Assembly: GCA_947632645.1 (NCBI GenBank)
Contig: CANRQB010000003.1
Coordinates: forward strand, 10,482 to 74,481
DNA length: 64,000 nt
DNA from: an uncultured Clostridia bacterium
Lineage (GTDB): Bacteria; Bacillota; Clostridia; Christensenellales; UBA1242
Reading direction: 5' to 3'
Both the position numbers and the translations under genes were made by a program. Shown piece after piece: positions 51,201 through 57,387 of the stretch (positions are counted from its first letter, which is position 1; each line of letters starts with the position of its first letter). A model generated the notes under the pieces. The model did no database searches and had not been told where the DNA came from. It worked only from the letters and a program-made list of their open reading frames with translations.

Positions 51201-54200
51201 TAACCATAACCAGCGCAGCAACCGGTGGTCAATCACCTTTGCCAACCAAATATCTGGGCGGCATATATGGCAAAATTAATGGCGGCGGAATTAGTGGCAC
51301 ATCAATCAACGTCGTTATTGGTGACGGCAGCAGCATATCTGCAAAAAATTTAGGCGGCATTGCAGCTGAGGTAAATAATGAGGGTAATAAAACCTTTACT
51401 GTGTCTAATATTATTTCCATAAATGCCACTGAAACTTCAAGCACTACTATAATAAATAACGAACACTTTGGTGGCATAGCAGCCACATTCCGTGGCAAAA
51501 TTGAATTTACAAAGGATGCAGCGTTTAACCTAGGCAACACTTCTGCACAATTTGAAGTGTACAAATCCAACGAGACAAAGGGCTATGACGACACAAATTC
51601 TGGTGTCGGTGGTTTGTTCGGGCGTATGGCAGAAGCCAATGCAACAATACATCTTGGCGTATACAACATCAGCTTAGTTGCCACAACTAATGGCGAACAA
51701 ATTGGTAAAGCAAATGTGGGTGGCTTAGTCGGTTTTGCAACAGGGGAAAACGTTTTATCTATCACGGGGCTATCTGACGAAGGCAACATAACAGTTGCAG
51801 GTATGCAAAATGTTGGTGGCTTGTTTGGTAGGGTAGATCAACTTGTTAGGGCTAAAGATAACCCAAGCAGCGACGGGCAAACTAGCCAAGAGGACGATGG
51901 CTTAATCAACTATTACAATATAGATGAAGATAAGTTAAATATAACCGTCAACATCAGCGAATACCAGCACAATATTGGTGGCTTAATTGGCTACTACGAA
52001 AATAATAATAACGAAAAAATTGGCACAATACAAGAAACCAATGATGGCGCAACAACCGAAAAAGCGGACAACATAACCTCTAACGCAACGCTAAACTTTG
52101 TTTCTAACATAACAGCAAACAATGAAAACACCTTCTCGTACAATATAGGCGGCGTATTTGGTCAAATTGCAAAGGCGGGTAAGGTATCCAACCTAACCTA
52201 CAGTGGCCAGTTCAAAGGTGTTTCAGACCCAAACAACACGCTTATATCGTTTGACGAAAGCATTCAAGCAGATAACGACAAAACCACAATGTTCCGCACA
52301 ATAAATGTAGGTGGCGTAATTGGTAGCGCAGGCACCACAGTTACAGACAACGCGCAATCCGTCGAAACCTTCGATATCACAAACATAACAACAACCACAC
52401 AACAAATAATTGGCTATCAAAATGTGGGCGGGCTTATAGGTTACGCAGTTAATGTAAACATCTACAACACAAACGATCTATTTGCAGAAAGCGATCAGAC
52501 GATCAAAGCCAACAACAGCGCTAATGTCTATGGCGTAATAAACGTTGGTGGCTTGGTGGGTATGGCAGAAAATAGCATGGTTGGCGCATATGCCGAACTA
52601 CAAGAAATCAGCACAGAAGGTGGCACAGAAAATCAGTTGGTTTTAAAAGGCTATGGATTGGCAACCAGTGGCAGCGTGTATGGCAACTACAACGTTGGCG
52701 GGCTGGTAGGGTTTGCAGCAAAAACCTTAAATATATCCAACCCTTCAGGCGTGTATGCTAACACCATACTATCAACCGAAACATCAACTCCAGAAAGCAA
52801 AAAATTTGCGGTAGAAATAAAAGGGCTACCATATTGCGTAAGCTACTACATCTACGACAACGGAGGCCAAGAAACCTACACCTACTACATCCCATCCAAC
52901 ATAGGTGGGCTGGTTGGTTTTGCACACTCTGTAGCAATAGACAGCAACAAATTTAACATGGCACAAGGTAGTTTAGCAGCTGTAACCTCGTCGGAAGAGG
53001 GCACAAACAGCAACAACGACAACGGCGTGGTTATAAGCACAATATCCAACTATGTGGGCAGCGTTCTAAACGGCGACAACATAGCCGAAGCATATTTGGG
53101 CAGAAATTTAAGCAACGATAGCACTACTGCCAACGCTAGCAAAGGGGTTTTCTTCAAGAACGATTACGGAAACCAGGCAGCTGACTTCAAAGTTGAGTTT
53201 AAGGATATGAAATCTGGCTTTGGCGGGCTTGCAGGCGGAGTGGTAAAATTGCAATCTCCAATCGGCAAAGAACAAGGCAACACGCTTGGCAATGTAAGCA
53301 TCGAGGCGCAACTTGGCATCAATGTTGGCGCACTGTATGGCTTTGTTGGCAATAGCGATAGTTATAACTTTAACGCAATTGTTAAAAGCGCAACCATATC
53401 GGGCAACATCTCGGTTGATGGTGGCTACTTTATAGGTGCAATTGCGGGCAGTGTGGATGTTGGCCAGTCTATCCAGGATGATGATGGTAGTGCCTTCAGC
53501 AACGAAAATATTAAGGCAGCAGATGGGCAATCCGCAAGCATAACCCTACAATCTAAATACACCGGCATGTATGTGGGTGGCTTGTTTGGCAAACTTCACG
53601 CGCACGATAACGATATGTTATCAATGGTTAGCAGCAATGTTAACATCACTATAGACACCAGCAAATCTTACTACATGGGCGGCCTGGTTGGCATGTACTA
53701 TGTAACTGGCGATACCGCTAACCCTTCAGTAAAATTAACTGGCAATGTGGATAAAGAAGCAGTTGTCACCCTTACTAAAAAAGGCGTAAAAGATCCTGCT
53801 TCTATTGGCGAATTTGGCGGCTTTGTTGGCATGCTTAAGGTAGAAAAAACCACAGGCGGCTCTGCCGATGTAACCATTTCTAATGGCGGCAGCCAGCCAT
53901 ACGCCTTTACCATCAACACTATAGAAAACGGCAACTACTACGACGGCCCAAGCAAAACCGAGGCACAAAACTCTAACGAGGGCGTAAACTTGGTGGCAAT
54001 GGCAACATATGTTAACCAAGATAGATTTACCATTTGCCCAACAAGCAATTCTAGTTGGTACACCTTGCCAGGCCGTGACGGATTTAGCGGCAATAACCCA
54101 TTAAAACCTAGTGCATCCACCGGCTGGGCAAAAGATTACACTATGTTTAAAACCATGCAGCGCTGCATCCCAGCAGGCAAAAATACTAATAATCAACAAC

Positions 54201-57200
54201 AGATACGCAGCGGAACGGAAGAGTGGGACGCAATTTCAGTGGTGTACGATGCCGCAAACATAACCTATGTTGCAACCCAATCCAACTCGGGATATACACT
54301 TAACCCATATGATGATGGAACAAATTTAAAAGCCAAGTATTATCACGATGAAGATGTGCGAACAACTTTATTTGGTGAAAATACTGAGAAGAGTGAAACT
54401 ACAACGACATTAGAAGGTGCAGACTACATCATTTGCACCATTTACGAGGCAGTAGATGGCCAACCTATGCTGTATTCTAAAATAGGTATTGCCGAACCAT
54501 ATAAAGACGAAAATGGTAATTATGGTGAGCCAGAAGATATCTCTAAAAATGGCTTTAAGATGTTCTTATATGCAATGGGAATGTCTAGCAATGTCCCAGA
54601 ATCTATTGCAAATTTAGATTTTTCTAGTACTGAATGGGGAATAGTCACACTTGCGCCATTGCCAGATAGGTATTATGGTGGCATTTTAGCTATGGATTCT
54701 GTAGATCCGAATCAGGGATATTATAAAATTAATAAATCCCTTGCTGATAGATTTGCAACCGAAGACGCAAGTAGTTCATTAGTAACATATAATTATAATA
54801 TAAAAAATTACTATCGATATAATTCAGGGAGTGATGACAGTGATGACAGTGACCTTTCCAAGAACACCCCGACATGGTTCCAGTTTAAAATGTTTTATGA
54901 AAGTGAAAAACTAGGTGGAACTGATTATACCCCTAACGATGGTAGTATATTTAATGTTACTGGTATGACAACTGATAATGTTCAAAACAAATTATATAAT
55001 AAAGGCAATTCATATAAAGGTTTAAAATGGATAGGGATCATTGTAGATGCTGTACTTACTGTTGCAACTTTAGGTGTGGGCAGTGGATTTATGGCGGCAA
55101 AGGCGGCTGGACAGCTTGTAGCCAAACAAATTGCGAAATATATAGCAAAAGCTGTTTTAAGATATGGCATAAGAACTGCTATTGCGCTAGGAGTTTTACA
55201 TCCTTTAATAAACCAAGCCCTAGCACAACAAACTGCATCAAATACATATTATGATGTTCAAGATCAAACTATGGGATTCTTGGGTATGTCATATCAACGG
55301 GAAGTTTCATATCGTGACGGAAAAATGAACACTGCTATAGATGGCGGAAATTATATTGATCCTAAGACAGGTGCACAATATATTTATTATAGTAGTGTAA
55401 GGCCATCAGATTATTATACTAATTTCTATTATGTTTACTATGATTATGACCCAACTAAGCCAGAAGGACAACAAGTACAAACCAGTATAGTAGAATTTAA
55501 TGATGAAAATTTAATATTTGAAGAGGATAATTATTATACAAGATCCGGTGGGATATTTGAAGGTGCTATGCCATGCAAATACAACGGACAAGATGCCGCA
55601 TGTTATTACTATTATCTAATTAACAATGGGGCCTATTATGTGCTTATGGATGCTACCACTATTGATTACATACCTGTACAACCATTCTTTGAAGAAAATG
55701 AGTACAAACCTTATCTAGATTACATTAATCAGATTAATTATTATATCAGGGGTAGTTATAATGGCACTACTTATACAATAGGTGAATCTAACGATATGAA
55801 TAGTTACTTGTATTATGCAGACAATACTAACACTACTATAATGCGCAAAAATAGTACAGAAGGTGGTTCTGAAATTACATTACCTAAAAGCATAAAATTT
55901 GAAGAAAGAACCGAATTACATTATGTGCCTGTGGATCAAAGTTATTTATTTGGCGAAGGCAATGAGGATGGTTTATACAAAAATTTAGATAATACAAATA
56001 AAGTTCTTGAAGATACAGGGAAAGACCACAAAGATTTAAATTATGGCTATGGCTATATGAAAAATGCTTATTATACCGCAAATGGTGACAAAACATATAT
56101 TAATAATAGTGGTGCAGTTGTTGAAATAAATAGCTACTCTTCAATTAGGCCATTAGTCGGTAAATTTGTAGAAGGACCAACTTCTGGTAACGAAGGCATA
56201 GATTATGTAACTATCAATGTAGACGGAAATACTAGATCTTTTGTATTTGATAGCGTTACAACAGAGGCTGGTACAGATATTGGAGAGTTAAAAGGAACTA
56301 ACATAATAGAAGATGCAAGCGGTGATTACATCAATGTAAATCTATATCCAAAATCTTTTACTAATCCATATTCTGTACAAGGTGGTGAAACAACAAAAGA
56401 TGAAGACATTTACTATATTTTATCTACAGCGATATCTCAAAATTTAACCGATTCTACTGGTCAACCTATTGGCTTATCTCACAATGCAACCTATTTCTAC
56501 TTTGACGGCGGATATAAAAGTGACGCGGACGGAAGAGTATTTACTGAATTATTTATTGGCGATAAAACACAAAATAATTCTATTAAAATAGATGTACAAA
56601 AAGACGATAGCCCAGGGCTAGGCGGGACGGTTGTACAGCCAAGTGCACAGCCAAAACCTTATTATAGTTTGTATTCAAATAAAGACTTACGATTACTTAC
56701 AGATGATGGCAATGGTAATGAAATTAACGATGCTTACAGACCTATAAGGATATACGGACCATGTAGCGATGATTTGGAAAAATTAACATTCGAAGATTTT
56801 GTAAATGGCTATGAAACAACTTACAAAGGTTACTATATGTTGTCAGACACAGAATTAAATGGGATATCGGAAAATGTAAAATCAATGTATTTGGTATCAA
56901 ATTATTATAAAATATATGATGCAGAGCCATTAAAATACCCAGATGATTCTGGTATTGTGTGTGATAGTAATGAAAAACCAATAACCAAAAGAATTTATAT
57001 TATTAATAATTATAATATTATAAATGACGATATTAATATTTTAACAAGTGTTAATATTAAGTTACCTAATACAGGCGATGGCAATATATCTTATAATTAT
57101 AATAAGTATTGCCTGAGTGCCGATAAAAATATTTATACTAGGTATTATTATACAACGCTACAAGATGGCAATGAAATTAAAATACCTACTTCAGATGGAA

Positions 57201-57361
57201 ATGAATCTTATTGGTTGTACAAACCAAATTCTACCTGGCCAAATGCTGGAACAACCAACTTTGTAGAAAGTGTCCGCGTAATTCTTGGCGGCGGCGATAT
57301 CTTCTATGACAAAGATGATCTTAATGGTAATCATTCAATAGGCACAATATCTTGTCAATAA
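36248..57361 (+). CDS. Giant (7,037-aa) surface lipoprotein: Ig-like domains, at least four GLUG-type beta-solenoid cassettes, C-proximal hydrophobic segment, Tyr/Asn-rich tail
   Basis: Single open frame of 21,114 nt. Start is TTG 36248 (AGGAG 11 nt upstream) or ATG 36260. See the findings for domain evidence. Confidence 0.9.
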   Translation: MRGVMGKFKKVFAIFVSVILFAVCGFLTGCGNKYKNLKWEISYSLTQEGEMQWVKLDNNNLNLNFGQGGNILADEDGSIHCNLYIKAKINGVKGNHLGQIIVTNTGSGNNSGGALSISRTINNNEYITIRLDLSKEENISTQLNFREINSGKNTNVNLSVSPLLSSMSMDVNKLTPAVLGASVQLDASKSILFSPIGTTDRDVQFSFDGVVGSYTSRYDLATGGNELSEDEFTRDSTTDTSKITVSPTGLVTIPADYQLTKNNYVVRVKATSISNPSMSCYVDVYVVDGKNKQIALNFNNSTATPVQDEFSLYLTLTKTASANSGENSEAVSLFNKAELVLNNDEISNDIYFKGLQTKNRNIRAKYTPEVYISGKNRDASPVASGEIKEGLKVSNTDNLYVVEAVDPNVDFSADRYLNFKYVLEGFEYSDLLPTFASEDIKVNLSYLANAIEANNLTDLDPSTPELDTIIYNTQDTILTSFDVSPKMAKYNFSEDNKILIEPLLDSSSNGTLTFNGQADLAVEQNEQVKIALNGSSARFKVSVRCVPEVFAGEEVDSTYVNIKKEVSLIVNVQKVVTASKVEAYANQQTRWSSSELDGAINLNFDDIKSVYLKVYFDADDAQNFVPSSVALNVANNAIQFVTDSGERVSNINLSQLIPIARKPVGEAGQNYFWYKIDLETSGATVYDTFNIGVKAGDGRVNLSSDSDANFTIRYVTPSNGNFRVLTDNTNNNILIEDNNLSSTAYAVAITGNSANFSLVDSLNSATGIKEIKVVPSRSVPLSNSQFSGNAEILPNTYSATNTFSFNPKGEYTQILDVYVHYYAKDNGIIKLIKNYVDLQEQPTLTVQLAAFRRATKINITKITDTNDADTNLDNLRVAYFEGFPQAGELKLNISTDENVKNEVYFLAANGEVITKTGVNNLAVRLGQNEAIASGQNSYYDQAVNLQIDPSQNGKIVTFNLSKQYSAELFRLNIGTLTLGQFSDNKELLVRVVGFSKTTQIALDADGLENNNIYTSFIDGKDIQFDITAIVSWAQILNNNLTNGKLGYQLYKYLQNPDGSLSYKDGKAECYQIEDLEGISIDDFTYQPQQSSTSLTAKTKFTATYTGTNLLGGVYKLIIGTLDSYSELNGYTTYQEITIFIGDGSIANKFSISSQQDFEKINNNLSAHYVLTEDITLNEEFVPIGFAANQIEIFTGSLTGRNVMYVDGREFVEQHSITLTLNMANARQYNGEYLLGLFAYLGTNTTDSAIDNVTNIQLELNFTGNFSSEASAVVGGVAAINRGRISAVDITLNNQISFAGLNNLTFGGYVGRNFGRVDVKNAKISNESTNVNIDVSNSSFGLIAGEMSNDAEIVGNFDSNKFMNLAYNVAANIVVNLAENSTLDFGLAAGKVQSGKIANLAVGGNVSINGVSATAYVGLVGSAQNARVSYSAVVSANITNNASSGSVAGIVANSLGGNTINNCKVMFDLLGARGEDNLSKFTSTSQQVLIAGVLVANTAVQDTIIYVSVENISSSNKLAIDGAGEVAGLVLNSGNTNLSVSFAAINMSGSTIYPISNTSEENCYYIGQVESYEKFTKNDKAVNSYAVVVLGDKLYSVYQQKEYKVEEIDFSQFFNEEPLTKWDIDDGEFYSHNYYDSEYNKVDDYSSLQDDQQYYELKEEWDANVDYYGSNGTVDTYYSIGEFSNEFSYYSLSSFVNDLYEAILPNVIQDSTIENQFTNIWGLGQHNQIDLGEFSFNLPYLKYDGKALNVDRTQSFYVSAISQNKQQVSHVQKTDSGYVAIINYHSLGSIPQDAALDVDNKFNTYNIINNGSNNGLITIVGAGNVSLSFEIVSGGQFAEIVNYTQIKFTGVSGALPICLRIYSTLTNSHEDVIFYTQYGATDVSVTDNVSNSVETLTGLGGALEYGVNVYVTNSSKNDSDISLQINAQNRVGLNSFNSILQNLNVEVQNNISLNLVCLESDKQDYLTYRQSGQSVVISPNKDVLSQVESSRVEVRYLLKLEFVKNYYTQNNADFNGENINYGQVYITFTIYQAATEIYSSNTSYEIGVGTTAKIDTTLITTRTGGLSSDVPLNFVKGEINPNHLIVQDDKADSLYIDFELVEGEDVFNAIKNYTGISSITDWFDNYNGILISKSVKEDGKIEYSISLTVKNEFNFRRITSNIKLKIKMYAQSNQQISNEILLTVKPEQLNENKIQINAYKIRQNQIIDNNGHAIVIESNETESVQSGTAGGLLVISLQPSYTNIDFSDIRLTSERVGETYIQFEQMILDRQTGQYITYINNNDILDGDIIVGKRLAPYSERVLEDGEYKFIYTGTFYVRMYLSKFVVQGQQVGINLDVNKINEDNSLEPVNLHKNLYTEFVANVIPTYEGGYEVGSNGYEWVIDGETSEQYNSYLIQKNSTNNVVKLRIYGYEYNSQPTISFNKLIKTQNNFEYTLGDTIDIGYRFNTNFGVPPVKESDGAYVIEIVLSVGDIDTPFIINTNLNVSLDGVGHFTNNKIIFHPTDHIIQDIRLDEVVNGEFRINLGSSRAVNISFETKNGSGNVALNDIFREDLQDIINLYTINNGEYLNPEADYTIFDINKAQTENSKALVLRAKTPGNVAFKFELDYYYEMQDNGCFNVHFGTKAGDTIYPYSKRIDFTLVVNDAYSSETAPIAIRNEAEFLAINGTTSESNYILMADLTLENYPTITANFNSFDGNNHIITIKSFSSDQLASYGLFSTIGSAEEGRTTTLKNIIVSYQDVNLNLTDNETALTSTENGVVFGGLVANLNEGGIIYNCDVMNVSLTEAATLNSINITMPNNPNAKITFGGMVGINNNGIITNSRVGAEEYLQIRESNGVILEKPYETEVVTFNIGNTNADTNQFIGITGGFVGVNAGRIASSFVQRTNLYNYSKAETSQTAGFVAQNGIAGLISYSYVKSLPVTNIKELSLGTAIENKSSGNVAGFVHLNMGEVSNCYANVEVKSKSTFISGFVFRNDSTGYIHECYAAATLNGNRADAGTQNNISEQPFVGYKNGDVQSYGKMENVYFYNNSSNIHQVTQTERPIAVDLNKANIQNPKYLHGFAFVMSDNSIRERNQGVWSYYEYDTNNTRVLPEINTANNIAHSYRYYDENSQLVYAFKYNLGSSNNPDIIRNITDYNEVFGGNDDSGNARNFYTGHVRFINDLDFENIYIPITSKNYTLGSDEEIASIEGNGMKIKNVRFSTNAHETTNEIGLFANIKNSYIKNLTITLGNEPSVGNTKYLGALAGKVEDSVLINIDIDGANIKLEGSNFVGGLAGIITGSSLIYGVSSNVSVVADVNKGADANIYYNRADFDAMKQQGYFARVSYEEYLDNADRTSSDGLSYAGGIAGVIDLVRRGQEEFNMQFITINKPQSAYDSGVNYSQVIDADFAGGVAGYFGGGDKDNVIKAKKIKFYTLTSNAEGETGSQIVGGNTAGGLFAISNGHIEASQVTSVEKEIDAEALYNQYDIDTAFAKHVTNTEQALDKTAAGNLNLISGKSYAGGLVGISLNANLTSVYAKAGFDLSKATNSTVVGGLVGLSIGGQVSYSYAVPFINKTANNITLGGLIGRVYNYNIETDVNNIANAKEKQAYIYTTNVFNNTSEFIAQYTFSTLIKEKSTTVESENIRYFIADSNAKETYKVDGSNLISVYVGTNYTFDSIVQDADISNANEYGERDLTDLYNTSIDAVFNEIFESYSQTSYWSLNNNRYFPLLLDERASNRIEIWDESDLPSIKANPDGDFAIKKDFSITAKDANYVLPITFTGSIISETLSGATATITIQGLNPNVNGNAGFFRETNGAYIENIIFNWQPQEDNTSDNPASVDIGKNGAITIDYFGGVSAVDTGSTFRALQVVSKAANTSITGQILKTSNDSSSIAKFGGLIGIGTDSRVQSCLFDAKLNANVKGFGVDSTVAFGALAAEAMGSSSITDNRSESSSQGMAEEEDGDLNKNLSISGFNVSNETSFTLYSANNQNETVSNAYIGFVVGYVQGNAENSFISSLTIGESSSANTSKPTINIGQNNNFNVNTLNVGAVAGRLDQLLEVSNARVVADINYNCKPISTLQPIINIGGVVGSVSSCAISEVVSQVNINVKPTNNSNCAAKLSNGFALAGNVTISECSFMGEIDATQGENTSDIRNIVAAGVIAEAEYTVNINDVFAYPIINAGTSTTESLHLAGLIANNNSKLNASGIMLGGRLMVDNSNINPSGNEEANTDNSLYIGGIIANGYKKNVTISNAEVLTSILTDGLKNSDAQYLQNVNALFGGNMGTINGNIVYSSDFALVAENLDGDKDKIFNLTARNITSANNNWLDYWQGDTSSFARAANGAPYLSTISRQLNSLGILAGNQYTNNANATQFSPQQYSNTDDYRYYLVSESLPAIEGAFKGVLIGTEEIALTDTINLTNLEGQDEAGIIPIVEKHSAISNIHILVQTDISSDANIKGILVGLNQGVVSNCSVGGTNINLATTGILAGLVGRNTGTMQYCYSSAEYVSISASEFAGLVYANNGKLAYSYFTGYIENQSTAYGILGNNGQAQNEDRGYLFSNYMAGVVVNVSPNANSFGNYGNNYYGKFNYIDANANSEQITRQEISSDPNTDSGVAIVDTINIMAANKYTTADQCLQGIWHTIVQQTTGSGDAIHYQLNSQAATFGYNYGYPVYRFNKVSGVSSSVIDDNKWQLYTGDGKWQKAGASDGDTQERANNLFNKTMYNDMYTMYDNAYKIPHLGVLKSVNLIANDNLNFVFIYNIDGKIKNSSNTAYATAGSIGSDVCGGFTNDAKQFTGVVVSNKYYNFTDLNSGDSDVIISNISTNGLFTNVKNSYFGNIKFAGNFNLLNGTSAAGVLISSTAAIENDQNNEQNNISINNINFVSNNETNVTEITINSSDRETETSAAALIGLVNTSTTVTIGNFGIIEGCNLIISGSSGESDTSTNYAGLVAGQNKGTITFYSGFDNLKVAFNSCNYAGGLIGLNNGGTLTLDSSNNNKLTITSAATGGQSPLPTKYLGGIYGKINGGGISGTSINVVIGDGSSISAKNLGGIAAEVNNEGNKTFTVSNIISINATETSSTTIINNEHFGGIAATFRGKIEFTKDAAFNLGNTSAQFEVYKSNETKGYDDTNSGVGGLFGRMAEANATIHLGVYNISLVATTNGEQIGKANVGGLVGFATGENVLSITGLSDEGNITVAGMQNVGGLFGRVDQLVRAKDNPSSDGQTSQEDDGLINYYNIDEDKLNITVNISEYQHNIGGLIGYYENNNNEKIGTIQETNDGATTEKADNITSNATLNFVSNITANNENTFSYNIGGVFGQIAKAGKVSNLTYSGQFKGVSDPNNTLISFDESIQADNDKTTMFRTINVGGVIGSAGTTVTDNAQSVETFDITNITTTTQQIIGYQNVGGLIGYAVNVNIYNTNDLFAESDQTIKANNSANVYGVINVGGLVGMAENSMVGAYAELQEISTEGGTENQLVLKGYGLATSGSVYGNYNVGGLVGFAAKTLNISNPSGVYANTILSTETSTPESKKFAVEIKGLPYCVSYYIYDNGGQETYTYYIPSNIGGLVGFAHSVAIDSNKFNMAQGSLAAVTSSEEGTNSNNDNGVVISTISNYVGSVLNGDNIAEAYLGRNLSNDSTTANASKGVFFKNDYGNQAADFKVEFKDMKSGFGGLAGGVVKLQSPIGKEQGNTLGNVSIEAQLGINVGALYGFVGNSDSYNFNAIVKSATISGNISVDGGYFIGAIAGSVDVGQSIQDDDGSAFSNENIKAADGQSASITLQSKYTGMYVGGLFGKLHAHDNDMLSMVSSNVNITIDTSKSYYMGGLVGMYYVTGDTANPSVKLTGNVDKEAVVTLTKKGVKDPASIGEFGGFVGMLKVEKTTGGSADVTISNGGSQPYAFTINTIENGNYYDGPSKTEAQNSNEGVNLVAMATYVNQDRFTICPTSNSSWYTLPGRDGFSGNNPLKPSASTGWAKDYTMFKTMQRCIPAGKNTNNQQQIRSGTEEWDAISVVYDAANITYVATQSNSGYTLNPYDDGTNLKAKYYHDEDVRTTLFGENTEKSETTTTLEGADYIICTIYEAVDGQPMLYSKIGIAEPYKDENGNYGEPEDISKNGFKMFLYAMGMSSNVPESIANLDFSSTEWGIVTLAPLPDRYYGGILAMDSVDPNQGYYKINKSLADRFATEDASSSLVTYNYNIKNYYRYNSGSDDSDDSDLSKNTPTWFQFKMFYESEKLGGTDYTPNDGSIFNVTGMTTDNVQNKLYNKGNSYKGLKWIGIIVDAVLTVATLGVGSGFMAAKAAGQLVAKQIAKYIAKAVLRYGIRTAIALGVLHPLINQALAQQTASNTYYDVQDQTMGFLGMSYQREVSYRDGKMNTAIDGGNYIDPKTGAQYIYYSSVRPSDYYTNFYYVYYDYDPTKPEGQQVQTSIVEFNDENLIFEEDNYYTRSGGIFEGAMPCKYNGQDAACYYYYLINNGAYYVLMDATTIDYIPVQPFFEENEYKPYLDYINQINYYIRGSYNGTTYTIGESNDMNSYLYYADNTNTTIMRKNSTEGGSEITLPKSIKFEERTELHYVPVDQSYLFGEGNEDGLYKNLDNTNKVLEDTGKDHKDLNYGYGYMKNAYYTANGDKTYINNSGAVVEINSYSSIRPLVGKFVEGPTSGNEGIDYVTINVDGNTRSFVFDSVTTEAGTDIGELKGTNIIEDASGDYINVNLYPKSFTNPYSVQGGETTKDEDIYYILSTAISQNLTDSTGQPIGLSHNATYFYFDGGYKSDADGRVFTELFIGDKTQNNSIKIDVQKDDSPGLGGTVVQPSAQPKPYYSLYSNKDLRLLTDDGNGNEINDAYRPIRIYGPCSDDLEKLTFEDFVNGYETTYKGYYMLSDTELNGISENVKSMYLVSNYYKIYDAEPLKYPDDSGIVCDSNEKPITKRIYIINNYNIINDDINILTSVNIKLPNTGDGNISYNYNKYCLSADKNIYTRYYYTTLQDGNEIKIPTSDGNESYWLYKPNSTWPNAGTTNFVESVRVILGGGDIFYDKDDLNGNHSIGTISCQ
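36260..36337 (+). other. Lipoprotein signal peptide with lipobox LTGC
   Basis: MGKFKKVFAIFVSVILFAVCGFLTGC followed by GNKYKN. Confidence 0.75.
55028..55225 (+). other. Hydrophobic/amphipathic membrane-association segment of the giant protein (aa ~6261-6326)
   Basis: WIGIIVDAVLTVATLGVGSGFMAA (hydrophobic), KAAGQLVAKQIAKYIAKAVLRY (amphipathic, Lys-rich), GIRTAIALGVLHPLINQALA (moderately hydrophobic). Confidence 0.55.
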
Positions 57362-57387
57362 AAAATCCACTTTAAGTGGATTTTTTT
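57362..57387. terminator. Bidirectional intrinsic terminator shared by the convergent genes
   Basis: ATCCAC (57365-70) pairs with GTGGAT (57376-81) around the loop TTTAA, flanked by A5 and T7. Confidence 0.75.

Noticed and set aside
37183-53934. Numerous minus-strand ORFs of 60-245 aa inside the giant gene (for example 39748-40485, 45392-45868, 48727-49173)
   Set aside because: All lie fully inside a 21-kb sense ORF with strong repeat-driven codon bias. None has start signals or a recognisable family. They are typical shadow ORFs.
57062-57076. LPNTG in the giant protein (aa ~6939) as a sortase anchoring signal
   Set aside because: It lies ~100 aa from the C-terminus and is not followed by a hydrophobic segment and basic tail. 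It is most likely a chance match in a long protein.
36248-57361. Giant ORF as an NRPS/PKS megasynthase or RTX/T1SS adhesin
   Set aside because: No condensation, adenylation, thiolation or ketosynthase motifs. No GGxGxD nonapeptide RTX repeats or C-terminal T1SS signal. The N-terminal lipobox indicates Sec/Lgt export.
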